Positions 44,557 through 54,828 of a stretch of DNA of 64,000 nucleotides are shown piece by piece. Each line of letters begins with the position of its first letter. Position 1 is the first letter of the stretch. The stretch lies in assembly GCA_963699835.1 (NCBI GenBank), contig CAVOVJ010000005.1, forward strand, positions 9,939 to 73,938, in the 5' to 3' direction. Under the pieces are notes generated by a model, which was not told the origin of the DNA, made no database searches, and saw nothing but the letters and a program-made list of their open reading frames with translations. This DNA is from an uncultured Gammaproteobacteria bacterium. Lineage in GTDB: Bacteria; Pseudomonadota; Gammaproteobacteria; Steroidobacterales; BM003. The position numbers were made by a program, and so were the translations under genes.

Positions 44557-45092
44557 GAATACAGCTGTAACGTTTCAGCACCGATTTTCACTGGGCGTTG
44601 GTAGTTCATTCCGATTTTCTGCAGCAACCGGATCGAAGCGGTATTGCCGGCCAGCGTGATGGCACCGATTTGATCGATACTGAGTTGATTGCGGCTGTGC
44701 TCGATGACGGCCGTGGCCGCTTCAAATGCATAGCCGTTGGCGTGGAATGGCTCGGCCAGGGCGAAGCCGATATCGGGATCGTCGAGTTCATCGCGCTTGA
44801 GAAGTCCGCAGATCCCGATCGGGATCTGCATTTCGGTCAACTCCACGAGGTAGAGACCGAAACCATGACTGCGGTAGCTCGCGACGGGCCCGTCGCAGAT
44901 ATAGCGGCGCGCGTCGGACTCTGTCCTGACCCCACGGTCGCCGATAAATCGGATAAACGAGGGCTGGTTGAGCAGCACCACAATAAACGCAGCGTCAGCA
45001 TCGCTCATCTCGCGCAGCTGGAGTCGCTCCGTGCGGATCCTGATCAACGCAAGTTCTGCCGCAGCGGGGCGCTGGATTCGTTTCTCGAGCAT
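44544..45092 (-). CDS. GNAT N-acetyltransferase (RimJ/RimL-like)
   Basis: IRTERLQLREMSDADA, GFALAEPFHANGYAFEAATAVIEH, GNTASIRLLQKIGM. Confidence 0.8.
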   Translation of the reverse strand: MLEKRIQRPAAAELALIRIRTERLQLREMSDADAAFIVVLLNQPSFIRFIGDRGVRTESDARRYICDGPVASYRSHGFGLYLVELTEMQIPIGICGLLKRDELDDPDIGFALAEPFHANGYAFEAATAVIEHSRNQLSIDQIGAITLAGNTASIRLLQKIGMNYQRPVKIGAETLQLYSWSR

Positions 45093-45151
45093 GGCGACAT
45101 TATGAGTGTGCGGCGGCAGCTCGCGCAGCGGGCAAATTGCCGCCGCATTGA

Positions 45152-45424
45152 TTAAGCGGATGTGGTCGGATCAATGATCGCGCGAACCGCTGAAATCGAG
45201 TTTGCCGGAAAGCCGCTCTGCTCCGCATGCTGACGGATCAGGTCCTCGCTCGGTGCAATGTACACGCAATAAATCTTGTTGTCGGTGACATAGCTATGCA
45301 CCCACTGGATGTCTGGGCCGAGCGTATTTAGCACCGCGCAGGACTTCTGCGAGGCGCCCTGAAGATCGGTGCCTGTCATCGCGCCGGCGCCCGGTATCTC
45401 GCGTTCAATTACATATTTCGGCAT
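45152..45424 (-). CDS. DUF4242 domain protein
   Basis: MPKYVIEREIPGAGAMTGTDLQGASQKSCAVL...IQWVHSYVTDNKIYCVYIAPSEDLIRQHAEQSGFPA. Confidence 0.8.
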   Translation of the reverse strand: MPKYVIEREIPGAGAMTGTDLQGASQKSCAVLNTLGPDIQWVHSYVTDNKIYCVYIAPSEDLIRQHAEQSGFPANSISAVRAIIDPTTSA

Positions 45425-45635
45425 GTCTTATTCTCCTCTCCCGGCGTGGGTTGCTGCCTGCCTGAGGCGAGTTCGCCTTCGCTGGCGAAAGCAGGATACA
45501 TGCGCTGGCAATACCCGAAAAGGTCCGCGCCAACAACGTTGATACTCCACTCTTGTGCAGACATGGCAGGTTTCCGCCAACAATGTCGCACGCAGCAACG
45601 TTGCCACAGCGGCTGCGGTGCCCGCAAGCCTCCGT

Positions 45636-46073
45636 CTATTGCTCCTGCCAGGTTTCGCGGCTCATCTCGTAACGTGCCTCGCCGTTGCTTTCGCGGCCGA
45701 CATATTGCCAGCTCGCGTTCTGGTAGAAGCATTCGGCGCGTGTATTGGGGTCGGTGCTGAGCCAAACCGTCGAAATACCCGACTCGAACAGCCAGTCGAG
45801 CGTGGTCTCGTGCAACAATCTGCCGATACCGCGGCCTTCGTAACCGGGCTCGACGAACAACGCCCAGACATTGGCCGCGACGCGGTCGGCCACGGCAAAG
45901 CCGACGATCCTGCCGTCAACCTCGCAAACCCAGCCCTTGCCGCGCCGGCCGATCATGTCGCGGGTGTCGTCGTATCCTATGGAATCGGGGTCCACCAGCA
46001 CGTTTTCGCGTACGCTCATACGGACCCGATGAATCTGCGGGATGTCAGCCTCCACGGCCGCACGTATTCTCAC
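45636..46073 (-). CDS. GNAT N-acetyltransferase
   Basis: GTG 46073 (VRIRAAVEADIPQIHRV). FVEPGYEGRGIGRLLHETTLDWL and NTRAECFYQNASW. Confidence 0.75.
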   Translation of the reverse strand: MRIRAAVEADIPQIHRVRMSVRENVLVDPDSIGYDDTRDMIGRRGKGWVCEVDGRIVGFAVADRVAANVWALFVEPGYEGRGIGRLLHETTLDWLFESGISTVWLSTDPNTRAECFYQNASWQYVGRESNGEARYEMSRETWQEQ

Positions 46074-46237
46074 GATTGGACACTCCCGGCGCCAACCTGC
46101 TGATCGGGCCTGCGAGTCGCTCAAGCCAATTTTGCTCAAGCGTAGCAGAATTGCGGGGATGCGCACGCCGGGGCGGATTCATACGCGATTGCGTCCGTAC
46201 AACCGTTATCATTGGTCCACGCGCACGGGAGAGGGAT

Positions 46238-46588
46238 ATGGATTTTGTCAGGGTACTGCCGGTGGTGATCAGCTTGCTGTTGCTGGCGGCGCATTTTTTT
46301 CGATCGGGCTCGGTGTGGCTCGCGGGTATTTTCCTTGTCATGCCGATTTTGCTGGCCGTCAAGGCACGCTGGGTCGCGCGGTTGTTCCAGCTGGTGCTGG
46401 TGCTTGGCGCGCTCGAGTGGATCCGGACCCTGGTTGTATTTGCCACGGGGCGGGCCGAAGCCGGGCAATCGTGGACACGGCTGGCAGTTATTCTCGGAGT
46501 GGTGGCATTGCTGACGCTGGTGTCGGCAACGGTCTTTCAGGGCGCCGCGCTGAGCAGGCGCTACCGGCTTCATCCCAACCGGCTGTGA
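46238..46588 (+). CDS. Small integral membrane protein, hypothetical
   Basis: GAGGGA SD before ATG 46238. About 4 TM helices (VLPVVISLLLLAAHFF, WLAGIFLVMPILLAV, ...). Confidence 0.6.
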   Translation: MDFVRVLPVVISLLLLAAHFFRSGSVWLAGIFLVMPILLAVKARWVARLFQLVLVLGALEWIRTLVVFATGRAEAGQSWTRLAVILGVVALLTLVSATVFQGAALSRRYRLHPNRL

Positions 46589-46628
46589 TCGCTGCGCGAA
46601 GCAGTGGTTTCTTGCCGGATCGGGCAAC

Positions 46629-47078
46629 TCAGCCGTATTTTTTCCGCATGTGCCGGACCGAGCGTTGCACCAGCGTTTTTAACACTTTCATATCGATGTC
46701 GGCGAGCGTGTTGACATAGAGACAGGATTTCCCGGTTTTGTGCTTGCCGAGCTTCTCCAGCAGCGAGCCATGCGCGGAAAAGCCGGGCATGATGTAGATC
46801 GCGAGATTCTGTTTGCGCGGCGAAAATCCTGTCAGCATTGCATCGCCCTCGCGCCCGGATTCGTAGACGTAATGGTAACTGCCGAATCCGACGATACTGC
46901 TGCCCCACATCCGCGCTTCCTCCCCGGTAGCGTCGCGCATCAGGTCAAGCATGACCAGGCTGTCTTCGCGTCGGGTCCGGTTTCCCACGCTATGCAGAAG
47001 ACTCTCGTACGCATGCCGAGGTCTCACGTGTTTTTTGCGTAGCCATTGATTGCAGTCTCCCGCGCAGCCCTGTCCCAT
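46629..47078 (-). CDS. DUF1801 (YdhG-like) domain protein
   Basis: MWGSSIVGFGSYHYVYESGREGDAMLTGFSPRKQNLAIYIMPGF...GKSCLYVNTLADIDMKVL. The start is approximate. Confidence 0.75.
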   Translation of the reverse strand: MGQGCAGDCNQWLRKKHVRPRHAYESLLHSVGNRTRREDSLVMLDLMRDATGEEARMWGSSIVGFGSYHYVYESGREGDAMLTGFSPRKQNLAIYIMPGFSAHGSLLEKLGKHKTGKSCLYVNTLADIDMKVLKTLVQRSVRHMRKKYG

Positions 47079-47164
47079 CGCAGAGTAAAGGCCGTGCAGT
47101 TTCTCACGGCAGCCCCAGCGCCACACGGCGGCGACCAACGTTGCCGCCGTGTCGTTCGCGCCAG

Positions 47165-47464
47165 TCAGTCGGACATAGACATCTTGCGATAGGTGTCGAA
47201 GTTCTCGACATGATCGTCGAAATTCTCCTTGAGCATCCTGATGTACTGTTCGGAAAAGTACTCAATCGCACGCTGCCGTTGCCCCGCCATCTCTTCGGCT
47301 GAGCCAGCCATGGTATAGACAAGAAAGGAATTGAAACGCGCCGCCGCAAACAACAAACTGAAGCCGGTCTGCTCGACCGAGGCATATTCGGTTTGTTCGT
47401 TTGCGACCTGGATATACGCATCGGCGCGTTTTCTGAATTCGATGTCGGTTTCGTTATCGGACAT
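47165..47464 (-). CDS. DUF3144 family protein
   Basis: FRKRADAYIQVANEQ...FSLLFAAARFNSFLVY...AIEYFSEQYIRMLKENFDD. Confidence 0.75.
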   Translation of the reverse strand: MSDNETDIEFRKRADAYIQVANEQTEYASVEQTGFSLLFAAARFNSFLVYTMAGSAEEMAGQRQRAIEYFSEQYIRMLKENFDDHVENFDTYRKMSMSD

Positions 47465-47579
47465 TGAGACTCCCGGATTGACGACTACCAGTGACTGATG
47501 GCAGGAGATACGAATTCAACCACATTGGCGCGCTGCCGTCTGCGCCCGCTGCAGCGGCAGCCCGAAACCGCCATGGACG

Positions 47580-48239
47580 CTAGCGGATGCGATGGGCGAA
47601 ACGCTGGTTAAGCGGGCGACGCTCCGAGAGCGACCATCCGACATGGGTGACACGACCCATGATCCGATCCTCTTCGACAAATCCCCAGAAACGTGAATCG
47701 GCACTATTGTCGCGATGGTCGCCGAGCACGAAGTAACGCCGCTGCGGCACCACGAACTCGTCGCGGAATACCGGCTGGTGCCGATCGCTGCTGAGCTGCA
47801 CCAGATGGGTACGCTCGCCGATTCGCTCTTCGCCGATGATCGGCCAGGCTGATCGCGCCGGGTATTCGACAGCCAGTTTTTCCCCGTTGACAAAGATATC
47901 CCTGCCGGCGACCCGGACCCGGTCGCCCGGGACCGCGATGATGCGTTTGACGAAGAGATCGTCGCGATGCGGCGGCACGAAGGTGACCACGTCACCGCGC
48001 TCGGGCTGGCTCCAGTTCGCAATGCGGGTGTTCAGAATCGGCAATGCAGGACCATAGCGGGTCTTGTCCACCCACAGATAATCACCGGCGAAAAGCGTAG
48101 GCTCCATCGACCCGCTCGGCACGTACGACCAATCCGCCAACGCCGTCCTGAACAACGCCATGAATAGCAGGAACGCGAACAAGCCACGATTACCGCGTAG
48201 CAGTGAACCCGCATATTTCAGGTATCTCATCGTATTCAT
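47580..48239 (-). CDS. lepB: Signal peptidase I (S26)
   Basis: PSGSMEPTLFAGDYLWVDK (catalytic Ser box), FVKRIIAVPGDRV (Lys box), YFVLGDHRDNSADSRFWGFV. Confidence 0.9.
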   Translation of the reverse strand: MNTMRYLKYAGSLLRGNRGLFAFLLFMALFRTALADWSYVPSGSMEPTLFAGDYLWVDKTRYGPALPILNTRIANWSQPERGDVVTFVPPHRDDLFVKRIIAVPGDRVRVAGRDIFVNGEKLAVEYPARSAWPIIGEERIGERTHLVQLSSDRHQPVFRDEFVVPQRRYFVLGDHRDNSADSRFWGFVEEDRIMGRVTHVGWSLSERRPLNQRFAHRIR

Positions 48240-48358
48240 CCTGTTCCGGGTCGCGACCCGGGCAACTTTGCTGTCGGGCGGATTCTTTGTTTCACATCTT
48301 TTAAATTTGTACTCGCTGGCACGTCAATAGTTCCGCTGTGCCAGACTATGCCCGGCGC

Positions 48359-49181
48359 CTAGTGCAGGAAATCGCGCAGCGTGGCGGCATAGGCGGGGTT
48401 CTCCTGAAGGTCATTGTGGCCGGCGCCGGGTATAATCGCGACGATCGGCTGGCGCCCTGTGAAGCCTGCGATCAACCGGTCGCTGTGGTGGCGCGCGATG
48501 ATTTCGTCGTTTTCCGCGACGATGACCAGTGTGGGCGCGGAAATCCGGCTCACCCGGGCCACGGAGTCGAAGCGCTCGGTCAGCAGCAGCGAAACCGGGA
48601 GATAGGGGAAAAACCCCGCGGCGACCGTCGGCAAGGCTATCAAACGGGGTCACCAGGATGACCTTTCCCAAGGGGCGGTTTACTGCGACAAAGCTGCCCA
48701 CGCCGGAGCCCAGGCTGCGTCCCATTACCGCGATATTCGGATGGCGCGCGGCAACGTAGTCGACAACCTGCAATGCGTCGGCATAGAGGGTTTTTTCGGT
48801 CGCCGACCCGCTGCTGCCGCCATAGCCGCGATAGTTGACCAGAAAAAGACTGTAGCCGGGCAACAGGTTCTTCAGCATTGCCACGTTGGCGCCAACGTCC
48901 TCGGCGTTGCCGCCGAAATACACCAGCGCATCGGCGCCGCCGCGGTCGACCGACCAGATTTTCAACTCGGCGCCGTCTACCGGCAGGCGCAAGGCGGTCG
49001 CGCCGGCGGCATACGATTCGGCTGTCGGGTAGTAGATCTGCTTGCGCTGCGTTGCGAAGACGAGCAGACACAGCGCCGCGTACAAGGCTGCGAACACTGC
49101 GGCGAATAAGGCCAGCGTTTTCAATGTGCGCCGCGCGGTCGCGGATTCCCTGGCCAGGGTTGGCCGGCGCCGCCCAGGCAT
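48359..49181 (-). CDS. Alpha/beta hydrolase (membrane-anchored); frameshifted as sequenced near 48621-48637; coding signal continues upstream to ~49509
   Basis: ORF 48411..49340 carries FGGNAEDV and GRSLGSGVG (nucleophile elbow) and ends KVILVTPFDSLA. ORF 48359..48643 continues VAAGFFPYLPVSLLLTERFDS...APTLVIVAENDEII...GAGHND. ATG 49181 gives the typical N-terminal anchor. Confidence 0.8.
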
Positions 49182-49587
49182 GTTGACCCAGCAGAATTCG
49201 ACGCGTATCGGATCCGGACCGGCAAAGCGCCGCCAACAAATACGGAATGCCGAACGAAGCGCCGAGAAAGATGCAATGAAAGCGCAAAGGACTCCCGCTA
49301 ACCGCGAAGTTTCGCGCCACATGACCCAGGCCGCGAACAAAAACAGTTGGATCAGGTAATCGATGTTGAACTGGGCACGCCAGGTAGGTTTCGCGATGTC
49401 GGAAAAAAAGAATTGCGGCCAGTTGTAGCGGAGTTTGCCTGACCGCGCGCCATGATACGACCGGCATGACGAGCCAGCCCAGCAGCAGGAAAATTCTCAG
49501 AATCGCCATGGTGATCAAATTCCGTGTTTGTTTGGGCCAAAAATCGCCTCGGGTATCGTGTTGGCAGTCACTCGCGCCGGCCGCCAC

Positions 49588-49962
49588 TTAGAAGCTGCGC
49601 CCGTCAATCATCAGGATATCAAGACCGCCCAGTTCTATTTCGTCTACGCAACCGAGGTTAAAACGATATTGCCGGGGCCTCTCTACGGCTTCGTGAAACG
49701 GGTGAATACCGCAGACCCTGCAAAAGTAGTGATTGACCAGATGGTCGCCGAATTGATAGATGGTGAGAAATTCTGTTCCCTCCAGCGTGACGAGGTCAGC
49801 CGGCGCGACATAGTGAGCGGACATTACCGTGCCCTTGCGCCGGCAGATCGAACAATTGCAGCGGCAGCCGCGCGAAATCACATGGCTGCGGAAGCAGAAG
49901 CTTACTCTGCGGCAATGGCAATTCCCGGTGTATTTGCGAATGAGCTCTCGGTTTGCTGGCAT
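49588..49962 (-). CDS. GFA (glutathione-dependent formaldehyde-activating / CENP-V) family protein
   Basis: ATG 49962. GNCHCRRVSF, CNCSICRRKG and FCRVCGIHPF Zn-binding Cys motifs. Confidence 0.85.
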   Translation of the reverse strand: MPANRELIRKYTGNCHCRRVSFCFRSHVISRGCRCNCSICRRKGTVMSAHYVAPADLVTLEGTEFLTIYQFGDHLVNHYFCRVCGIHPFHEAVERPRQYRFNLGCVDEIELGGLDILMIDGRSF

Positions 49963-50325
49963 GGATCGCGGACCGTTCAGGTTGCGGATCGGGAGGGCGC
50001 CGCGTCCCGCCATTGAGCCTGGCAGCGACCGCAGCCCGATTCGTTACCGAAGCGCCACTTAGGTGCCGCTCCATACACTATAGCGTCGTCTGTGTAAGAC
50101 AACAGCCTGAGCCGTGACACGGATGCCCGAATGCGGCCCCAGCACTGGACTGCTTCGATGCCGGCCGGTTCGGATTGCCGTATGCGTGCCGCCCGGCGGC
50201 CAATTGGCGAAGTCGGAGCTGCCGCAGAACCGGGTGGCAGACACTGTGATTTTTTTCGACCGCTGGGTTGGGGCGTCCGTCTGCGCTATTCTCGGACCCT
50301 GAACAACACCATTGGAGAAAGGATC

Positions 50326-50733
50326 ATGTCTGCAACTGCCACGGCACTATTCGGGCTTGTCATCGTATCGATCGTCCTGACGTTCATGATCGCCGGAATT
50401 CGCGCTGCCGCAATGTTCAGCGGCAGGAAAGCCATCAATGATTTCGATCCCGGTGGCGCCGATGTGTCAGCCTTGTCGCGTCGGGTCTGCCGCGCCCACG
50501 CCAACTGTTACGAAAACCTTCCGCTCAGCGCGGCGGTGATGTTGTATGCGATTGCGACCGGCCAGACCGGCATTACCGACTCGACATCCATGTGGTTTCT
50601 TTACGCGCGGATCGCACAGGCCGGGGTGCATGTTATGTCCACTAGCGCGTTGGCGGTCAATATCCGGTTTGCCCTGTACGTGTTGCAGATGCTGATTCTA
50701 ATCTGCTGGGTCTATCGCTTCCTCGCGGGGTGA
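50326..50733 (+). CDS. MAPEG family membrane protein (second full-length paralog)
   Basis: GGAGAAAGG SD before ATG 50326. RVCRAHANCYENLPLSAAVML, cf. RAMRAHANCIENLPVFAAIV at 28050..28475. Confidence 0.8.
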   Translation: MSATATALFGLVIVSIVLTFMIAGIRAAAMFSGRKAINDFDPGGADVSALSRRVCRAHANCYENLPLSAAVMLYAIATGQTGITDSTSMWFLYARIAQAGVHVMSTSALAVNIRFALYVLQMLILICWVYRFLAG

Positions 50734-50894
50734 GATCGTCAGTCGCCAGTCGCGCGAACAGGTGCTGGAGGGTTGGGCCCGCGGCATGCCGCGCGCCCGA
50801 TGCGGCATCGGCTGAGTCGCGTCTGTGACCGACTGCTGACTGGCCATCGGTGGCGGGTTGGCGGCAGTTTGGTCATTTTTTGAGGAGAGAGAAC

Positions 50895-51950
50895 ATGAGT
50901 CAACCGATTAACCGCCAATGGCTTTTTGCCAACTACCCAAAAGGGCTTTACCAGCCCGGCGATTTCGAGTGGCGGGAAGAACCGCTGCGCGCGCTGGAGG
51001 ACGGTGAAGTGCTGGTCCACAACATCCTGTTGTCGCTGGATCCGACCAACCGCGCGTGGGGCTTCAAGCACGACACCTATCTTCCGATGATGCAACCCGG
51101 AGACGTCATGCGCGGCATCTGTATTGGCGTGATCGAGGGCTCGCGTCACCCCAACTACCATGAAGGCACTTATGTCGGTGGTATGACCGGGTGGCAGGAA
51201 TATGCCATTTTGCAAGTCGATGACGCCGGCAGATTGCCCGACGCGGGCGTTTTCCCCCGCGATCCGGCGATTCCTTTGTCGACCTACCTCGGTCTGTTTG
51301 GCCATATCGGGATGACTGCGTACTACGGACTGTTGCATATCGGCAAACCCAAGGCCGGGGAAACTGTCGTGGTTTCGGCCGCGGCCGGCGCCACCGGATC
51401 GCTGGTGGGGCAGATTGCGAAGATCAAGGGCTGTCGTGTCGTCGGCATCGCCGGCGGCCCCGAGAAATGCCAGAGGCTGATTGACGAGTTCGGCTTCGAT
51501 GCGGTGGTGGACTACAAGAACGAGCCGGTTGCCGAGCGCCTGGCCGAGGTTTGTCCGGATGGGATCGACGTGTACTACGACAACGTCGGTGGTGACATCT
51601 CGAATGCTGCACTTGCATTGATCAATCTGCATGCGAGGATCGTACTGGCGGGTCAGATCGCGATGTACAACGACGAGCGCATGCAGAGTCCACGCAATGT
51701 CATGAACCTGATCATGCAACGAGCCAGGATGGAGGGATTCGTGGTGATGGATTTCATGGCGGACGAGGCGGCAGCGACCCAGGCGACAATGGAACTCGCC
51801 GAATGGTACAAGGAGGGCAAGATCAGGTTCCGGACCCATATCGTGGACGGTCTCGAGAATGCGACCACTGCCGTCAATATGCTATTCGATGGCAGCAACC
51901 AGGGAAAATTGATCGTCAGGATCTGCGACGATCCGGGTGGCCCGATCTGA
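50895..51950 (+). CDS. NADP-dependent oxidoreductase, medium-chain reductase family (YncB/CurA-like)
   Basis: GAGGAGAG SD before ATG 50895. GETVVVSAAAGATGSLVGQIAKIKGCRVVGIAG Rossmann motif and C-terminal GKLIVRI. Confidence 0.85.
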   Translation: MSQPINRQWLFANYPKGLYQPGDFEWREEPLRALEDGEVLVHNILLSLDPTNRAWGFKHDTYLPMMQPGDVMRGICIGVIEGSRHPNYHEGTYVGGMTGWQEYAILQVDDAGRLPDAGVFPRDPAIPLSTYLGLFGHIGMTAYYGLLHIGKPKAGETVVVSAAAGATGSLVGQIAKIKGCRVVGIAGGPEKCQRLIDEFGFDAVVDYKNEPVAERLAEVCPDGIDVYYDNVGGDISNAALALINLHARIVLAGQIAMYNDERMQSPRNVMNLIMQRARMEGFVVMDFMADEAAATQATMELAEWYKEGKIRFRTHIVDGLENATTAVNMLFDGSNQGKLIVRICDDPGGPI

Positions 51951-52113
51951 GTCAGGTTTCGTTGCCCCCGCAACTTCGCTCGTGCGCGCCGGCGCGAAAC
52001 TGCGGCGCGAAAGGCCTAAACCAGCTATCTCGAACCAGGGGCATCCGCCAGGACCGGCGCTGCAGGGGGAATGTTCGCGCGGGTCTGCATGGCCAATTGC
52101 GGCCGGCGCGGGC

Positions 52114-53049
52114 ATGATGACGCGCATCATGCATCGTGTGTTTCTGCCACTTGCCTTGCTGGGATCGGCGTTCGCACTGTGGCGACCCGAGGCGTTTACC
52201 TGGGCGCGCGGCTACATCCCGTCGCTGCTTGGCCTGATTATGTTCGGAATGGGCATGACGCTGACCGGGCGCGATTTCGCCGCGGTTTTTCGCATGCCGG
52301 CGGTCGTGGCGACCGGCCTGGCTGCGCAGTTTGTCGTCATGCCGCTTGCTGCGTTTGTTCTGGCGACGATTTTCGGTTTCGAGCAAGCGCTCCTGGTAGG
52401 CATGGTACTGGTCGGGTGTTCGCCCGGCGGGACCGCGTCAAATGTCGTCGCGTACCTCGCCGGAGCAAATGTCGCGTTATCGGTGACGCTGACCGCGTGC
52501 GCGACATTGCTGGCGCCGCTGCTGACACCCGCGCTGGTCGGGGTGTATGCCGGCGCAGTCGTTGATGTGCCACTGTGGCCAATGGTTGCTTCGGTTGCCC
52601 GCATCGTTTTGTTGCCGGTGCTGTGCGGCATCGCGTTGCGGCATTGGCTCGGCGCCCGGCTGGATCCTCTGCTGCGCGGGTTTCCGTGGGTGGCGATGTT
52701 CGCGATCGTCCTGGTGATCGCGATAATCATCGCGTTGAATCGGACGATCGTGCTCGATTTTCCGCTCGCTGTTATGGTGGCGGTCGCGCTCCATAACTTG
52801 CTCGGTCTTGCGGCGGGATATCTTTCCGGGCGGCTGCTCGGAGTGGGTGAACGCGAGCGCCGGACGCTCGCGATCGAAGTCGGCATGCAGAATTCGGGTC
52901 TGGCGGTGGCGCTCGCATCTCAGTTCTTCGCGCCTCTAAGTGCCTTGCCGGGCGCACTTTTCAGTCTTTGGCACAACGTGTCGGGTGTGCTGCTGGCAAA
53001 CTGGTGGCGGCGGCGGGCGGGGTCGGACTCAACCGTGCTCGAATCCTGA
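52114..53049 (+). CDS. Bile acid:sodium symporter (BASS) family transporter
   Basis: IMFGMGMTL, GMVLVGCSPGGTASNVVAYLAGANVALSV, EVGMQNSGLAVALA. Confidence 0.85.
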   Translation: MMTRIMHRVFLPLALLGSAFALWRPEAFTWARGYIPSLLGLIMFGMGMTLTGRDFAAVFRMPAVVATGLAAQFVVMPLAAFVLATIFGFEQALLVGMVLVGCSPGGTASNVVAYLAGANVALSVTLTACATLLAPLLTPALVGVYAGAVVDVPLWPMVASVARIVLLPVLCGIALRHWLGARLDPLLRGFPWVAMFAIVLVIAIIIALNRTIVLDFPLAVMVAVALHNLLGLAAGYLSGRLLGVGERERRTLAIEVGMQNSGLAVALASQFFAPLSALPGALFSLWHNVSGVLLANWWRRRAGSDSTVLES

Positions 53050-53221
53050 TCGAGGGCTGCGGTTTGTGGAGGGGCCGGAACCACTCTCCGGCAGAACACT
53101 GCCAGCTCCGGGCATTGGGCTGTCTGCCGCTGCGTGGAGCCGACACCGCGGTTTTAGATCGATGAGATGGCGTTAACGTCGTCTGCCGCGTTGGCCGGCG
53201 TTTTCGCCGAGCTGCCCGCGC

Positions 53222-54085
53222 GTGGCAGAATTGACGCTCTCTTGGCGTGGATGTCCGACCGTGGAAGCGTTGCGAATCGAATCTGAAATAAAACCTTCGG
53301 GGACCTCGAAGAGACTGGGTTCGCGATTGCGCGGACTGGTCGGCAAGGCAATTGCTGATTTCGCCATGATTGGCGAGGGTGATCGGGTCATGGTGTGTTT
53401 GTCCGGCGGCAAGGACAGCTACACGATGCTGGATCTGCTCATATCGTTGCAACGCAGCGCGCCGGTGAATTTCGAGATCACGGCGGTAAACCTCGACCAG
53501 AAACAACCGGATTACCCGGCCCATGTATTGCCGGAGTATCTCCACGGTCTCGGTGTTTCTTTCCATATTCTCGAGCAGGACACGTACAGTGTCGTCAAAC
53601 GGGTCATTCCCGAAGGCAAAACGATGTGCAGCCTGTGCTCGCGGTTGCGGCGCGGCTCGTTGTACTCGTTCGCGGCTGAACATGGCTATACCCGTATCGC
53701 TCTTGGTCACCACCGCGATGACATCATCGAGACGCTTTTTCTGAACCTGTTCCACGGTGGCAGCATGAAGGCAATGCCGCCAAAACTGCGTTCGGACGAT
53801 GGCCGGCATGTTGTGATCCGGCCGCTCGCCTACTGCAGCGAACGCGATATCGCGCGTTACGCCAGGGCCCGCCGCTTCCCGATCATCCCGTGCAATTTGT
53901 GCGGCAGCCAGGAAAATCTCCAGCGCAAGAAAATAAAACGCATGCTGGCCGAGTGGTCACGCGACCATCCGGGCCGGATCGAATCGATTTTTGCCGCGAT
54001 TGGCAATGTTGCCCCATCGCAGCTGGCGGATCGCGGGCTTTTCGATTTTGCCGGTCTCGACCGGAACGGGCCCACTACCGGATAA
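53222..54085 (+). CDS. ttcA: tRNA 2-thiocytidine(32) synthetase
   Basis: [15 protein letters not shown] (PP-loop), [39 protein letters not shown]. The start codon is uncertain. Confidence 0.9.
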   Translation: MAELTLSWRGCPTVEALRIESEIKPSGTSKRLGSRLRGLVGKAIADFAMIGEGDRVMVCLSGGKDSYTMLDLLISLQRSAPVNFEITAVNLDQKQPDYPAHVLPEYLHGLGVSFHILEQDTYSVVKRVIPEGKTMCSLCSRLRRGSLYSFAAEHGYTRIALGHHRDDIIETLFLNLFHGGSMKAMPPKLRSDDGRHVVIRPLAYCSERDIARYARARRFPIIPCNLCGSQENLQRKKIKRMLAEWSRDHPGRIESIFAAIGNVAPSQLADRGLFDFAGLDRNGPTTG

Positions 54086-54203
54086 GCCGGTCGCCGCGCG
54101 CGCAGGCGCTGATGCGGCTGGCCTAATGAATGACGCCACGAGACAAGTCCTTCCGCCGCCGGCAGCGCAATATTACGCTCGCTCGCCAACCGGGAGAGTC
54201 GTT

Positions 54204-54782
54204 ATGAGCAGCAGCATTTTTACGATCGACGAGCGCAGGGTCCTGTGCGCTTACTTCGGCATGACCGCGGCCTCCGATCACGAGGATATCGATGCCTTGA
54301 TTGGCGATCTCGGGGTTGACGCTGGCCGCTGCGGCGGTGTGCTGACGCCGTTGGCAGTGGCCACCGCACACATCCTGATGCCCGGTCGAGGCACGGGCGA
54401 GAGTGGCGATGGGGTCGACCGAAACGTGCTGATGCTGCCACGCCACGCGCTGACGGTTTTCTGGAGCGATCGGATCGTCGGGGCAGACGAGTACAGTCTT
54501 ATTTGGGTTCCCGGATTTCGCCGCTTCGTGGTCACCGCCACCGGGAGTCCGCGCAACTACGGGTATCCGCTGTTTGCGATAGGCCAATTCGAGCCGACAT
54601 CGCAACTACGTGATGCGGTGGGTACCGTTTTGCGCGGATGGTGGCGCAGCCAGGGCGCGGCCGGACGAATGCGCTGGCAGGAATGCGAATCCTCTGCGCT
54701 GGTGCCGGAATCGCACGCGGTCGGCTGGCGCGAGCTGGCGTGGCTTCGCGGTGCCGAAGTATCAGCGCGTCAGGCGATCTGA
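54204..54782 (+). CDS. Hypothetical protein
   Basis: GGGAGAG SD before ATG 54204. 192 aa, high GC3. Family not recognised. Confidence 0.5.
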   Translation: MSSSIFTIDERRVLCAYFGMTAASDHEDIDALIGDLGVDAGRCGGVLTPLAVATAHILMPGRGTGESGDGVDRNVLMLPRHALTVFWSDRIVGADEYSLIWVPGFRRFVVTATGSPRNYGYPLFAIGQFEPTSQLRDAVGTVLRGWWRSQGAAGRMRWQECESSALVPESHAVGWRELAWLRGAEVSARQAI

Positions 54783-54828
54783 CAAACGCGTCGAATCCGC
54801 GCCCGCGGCGACGACGAATCCGGCTGAG

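Noticed and set aside
50739-51839. 366-aa minus-strand ORF
   Set aside because: It is the antisense shadow of the NADP-dependent oxidoreductase gene, which has a clear Rossmann motif and SD.
52961-53809. 282-aa minus-strand ORF
   Set aside because: It lies antisense to ttcA, which has unmistakable PP-loop and Cys motifs.
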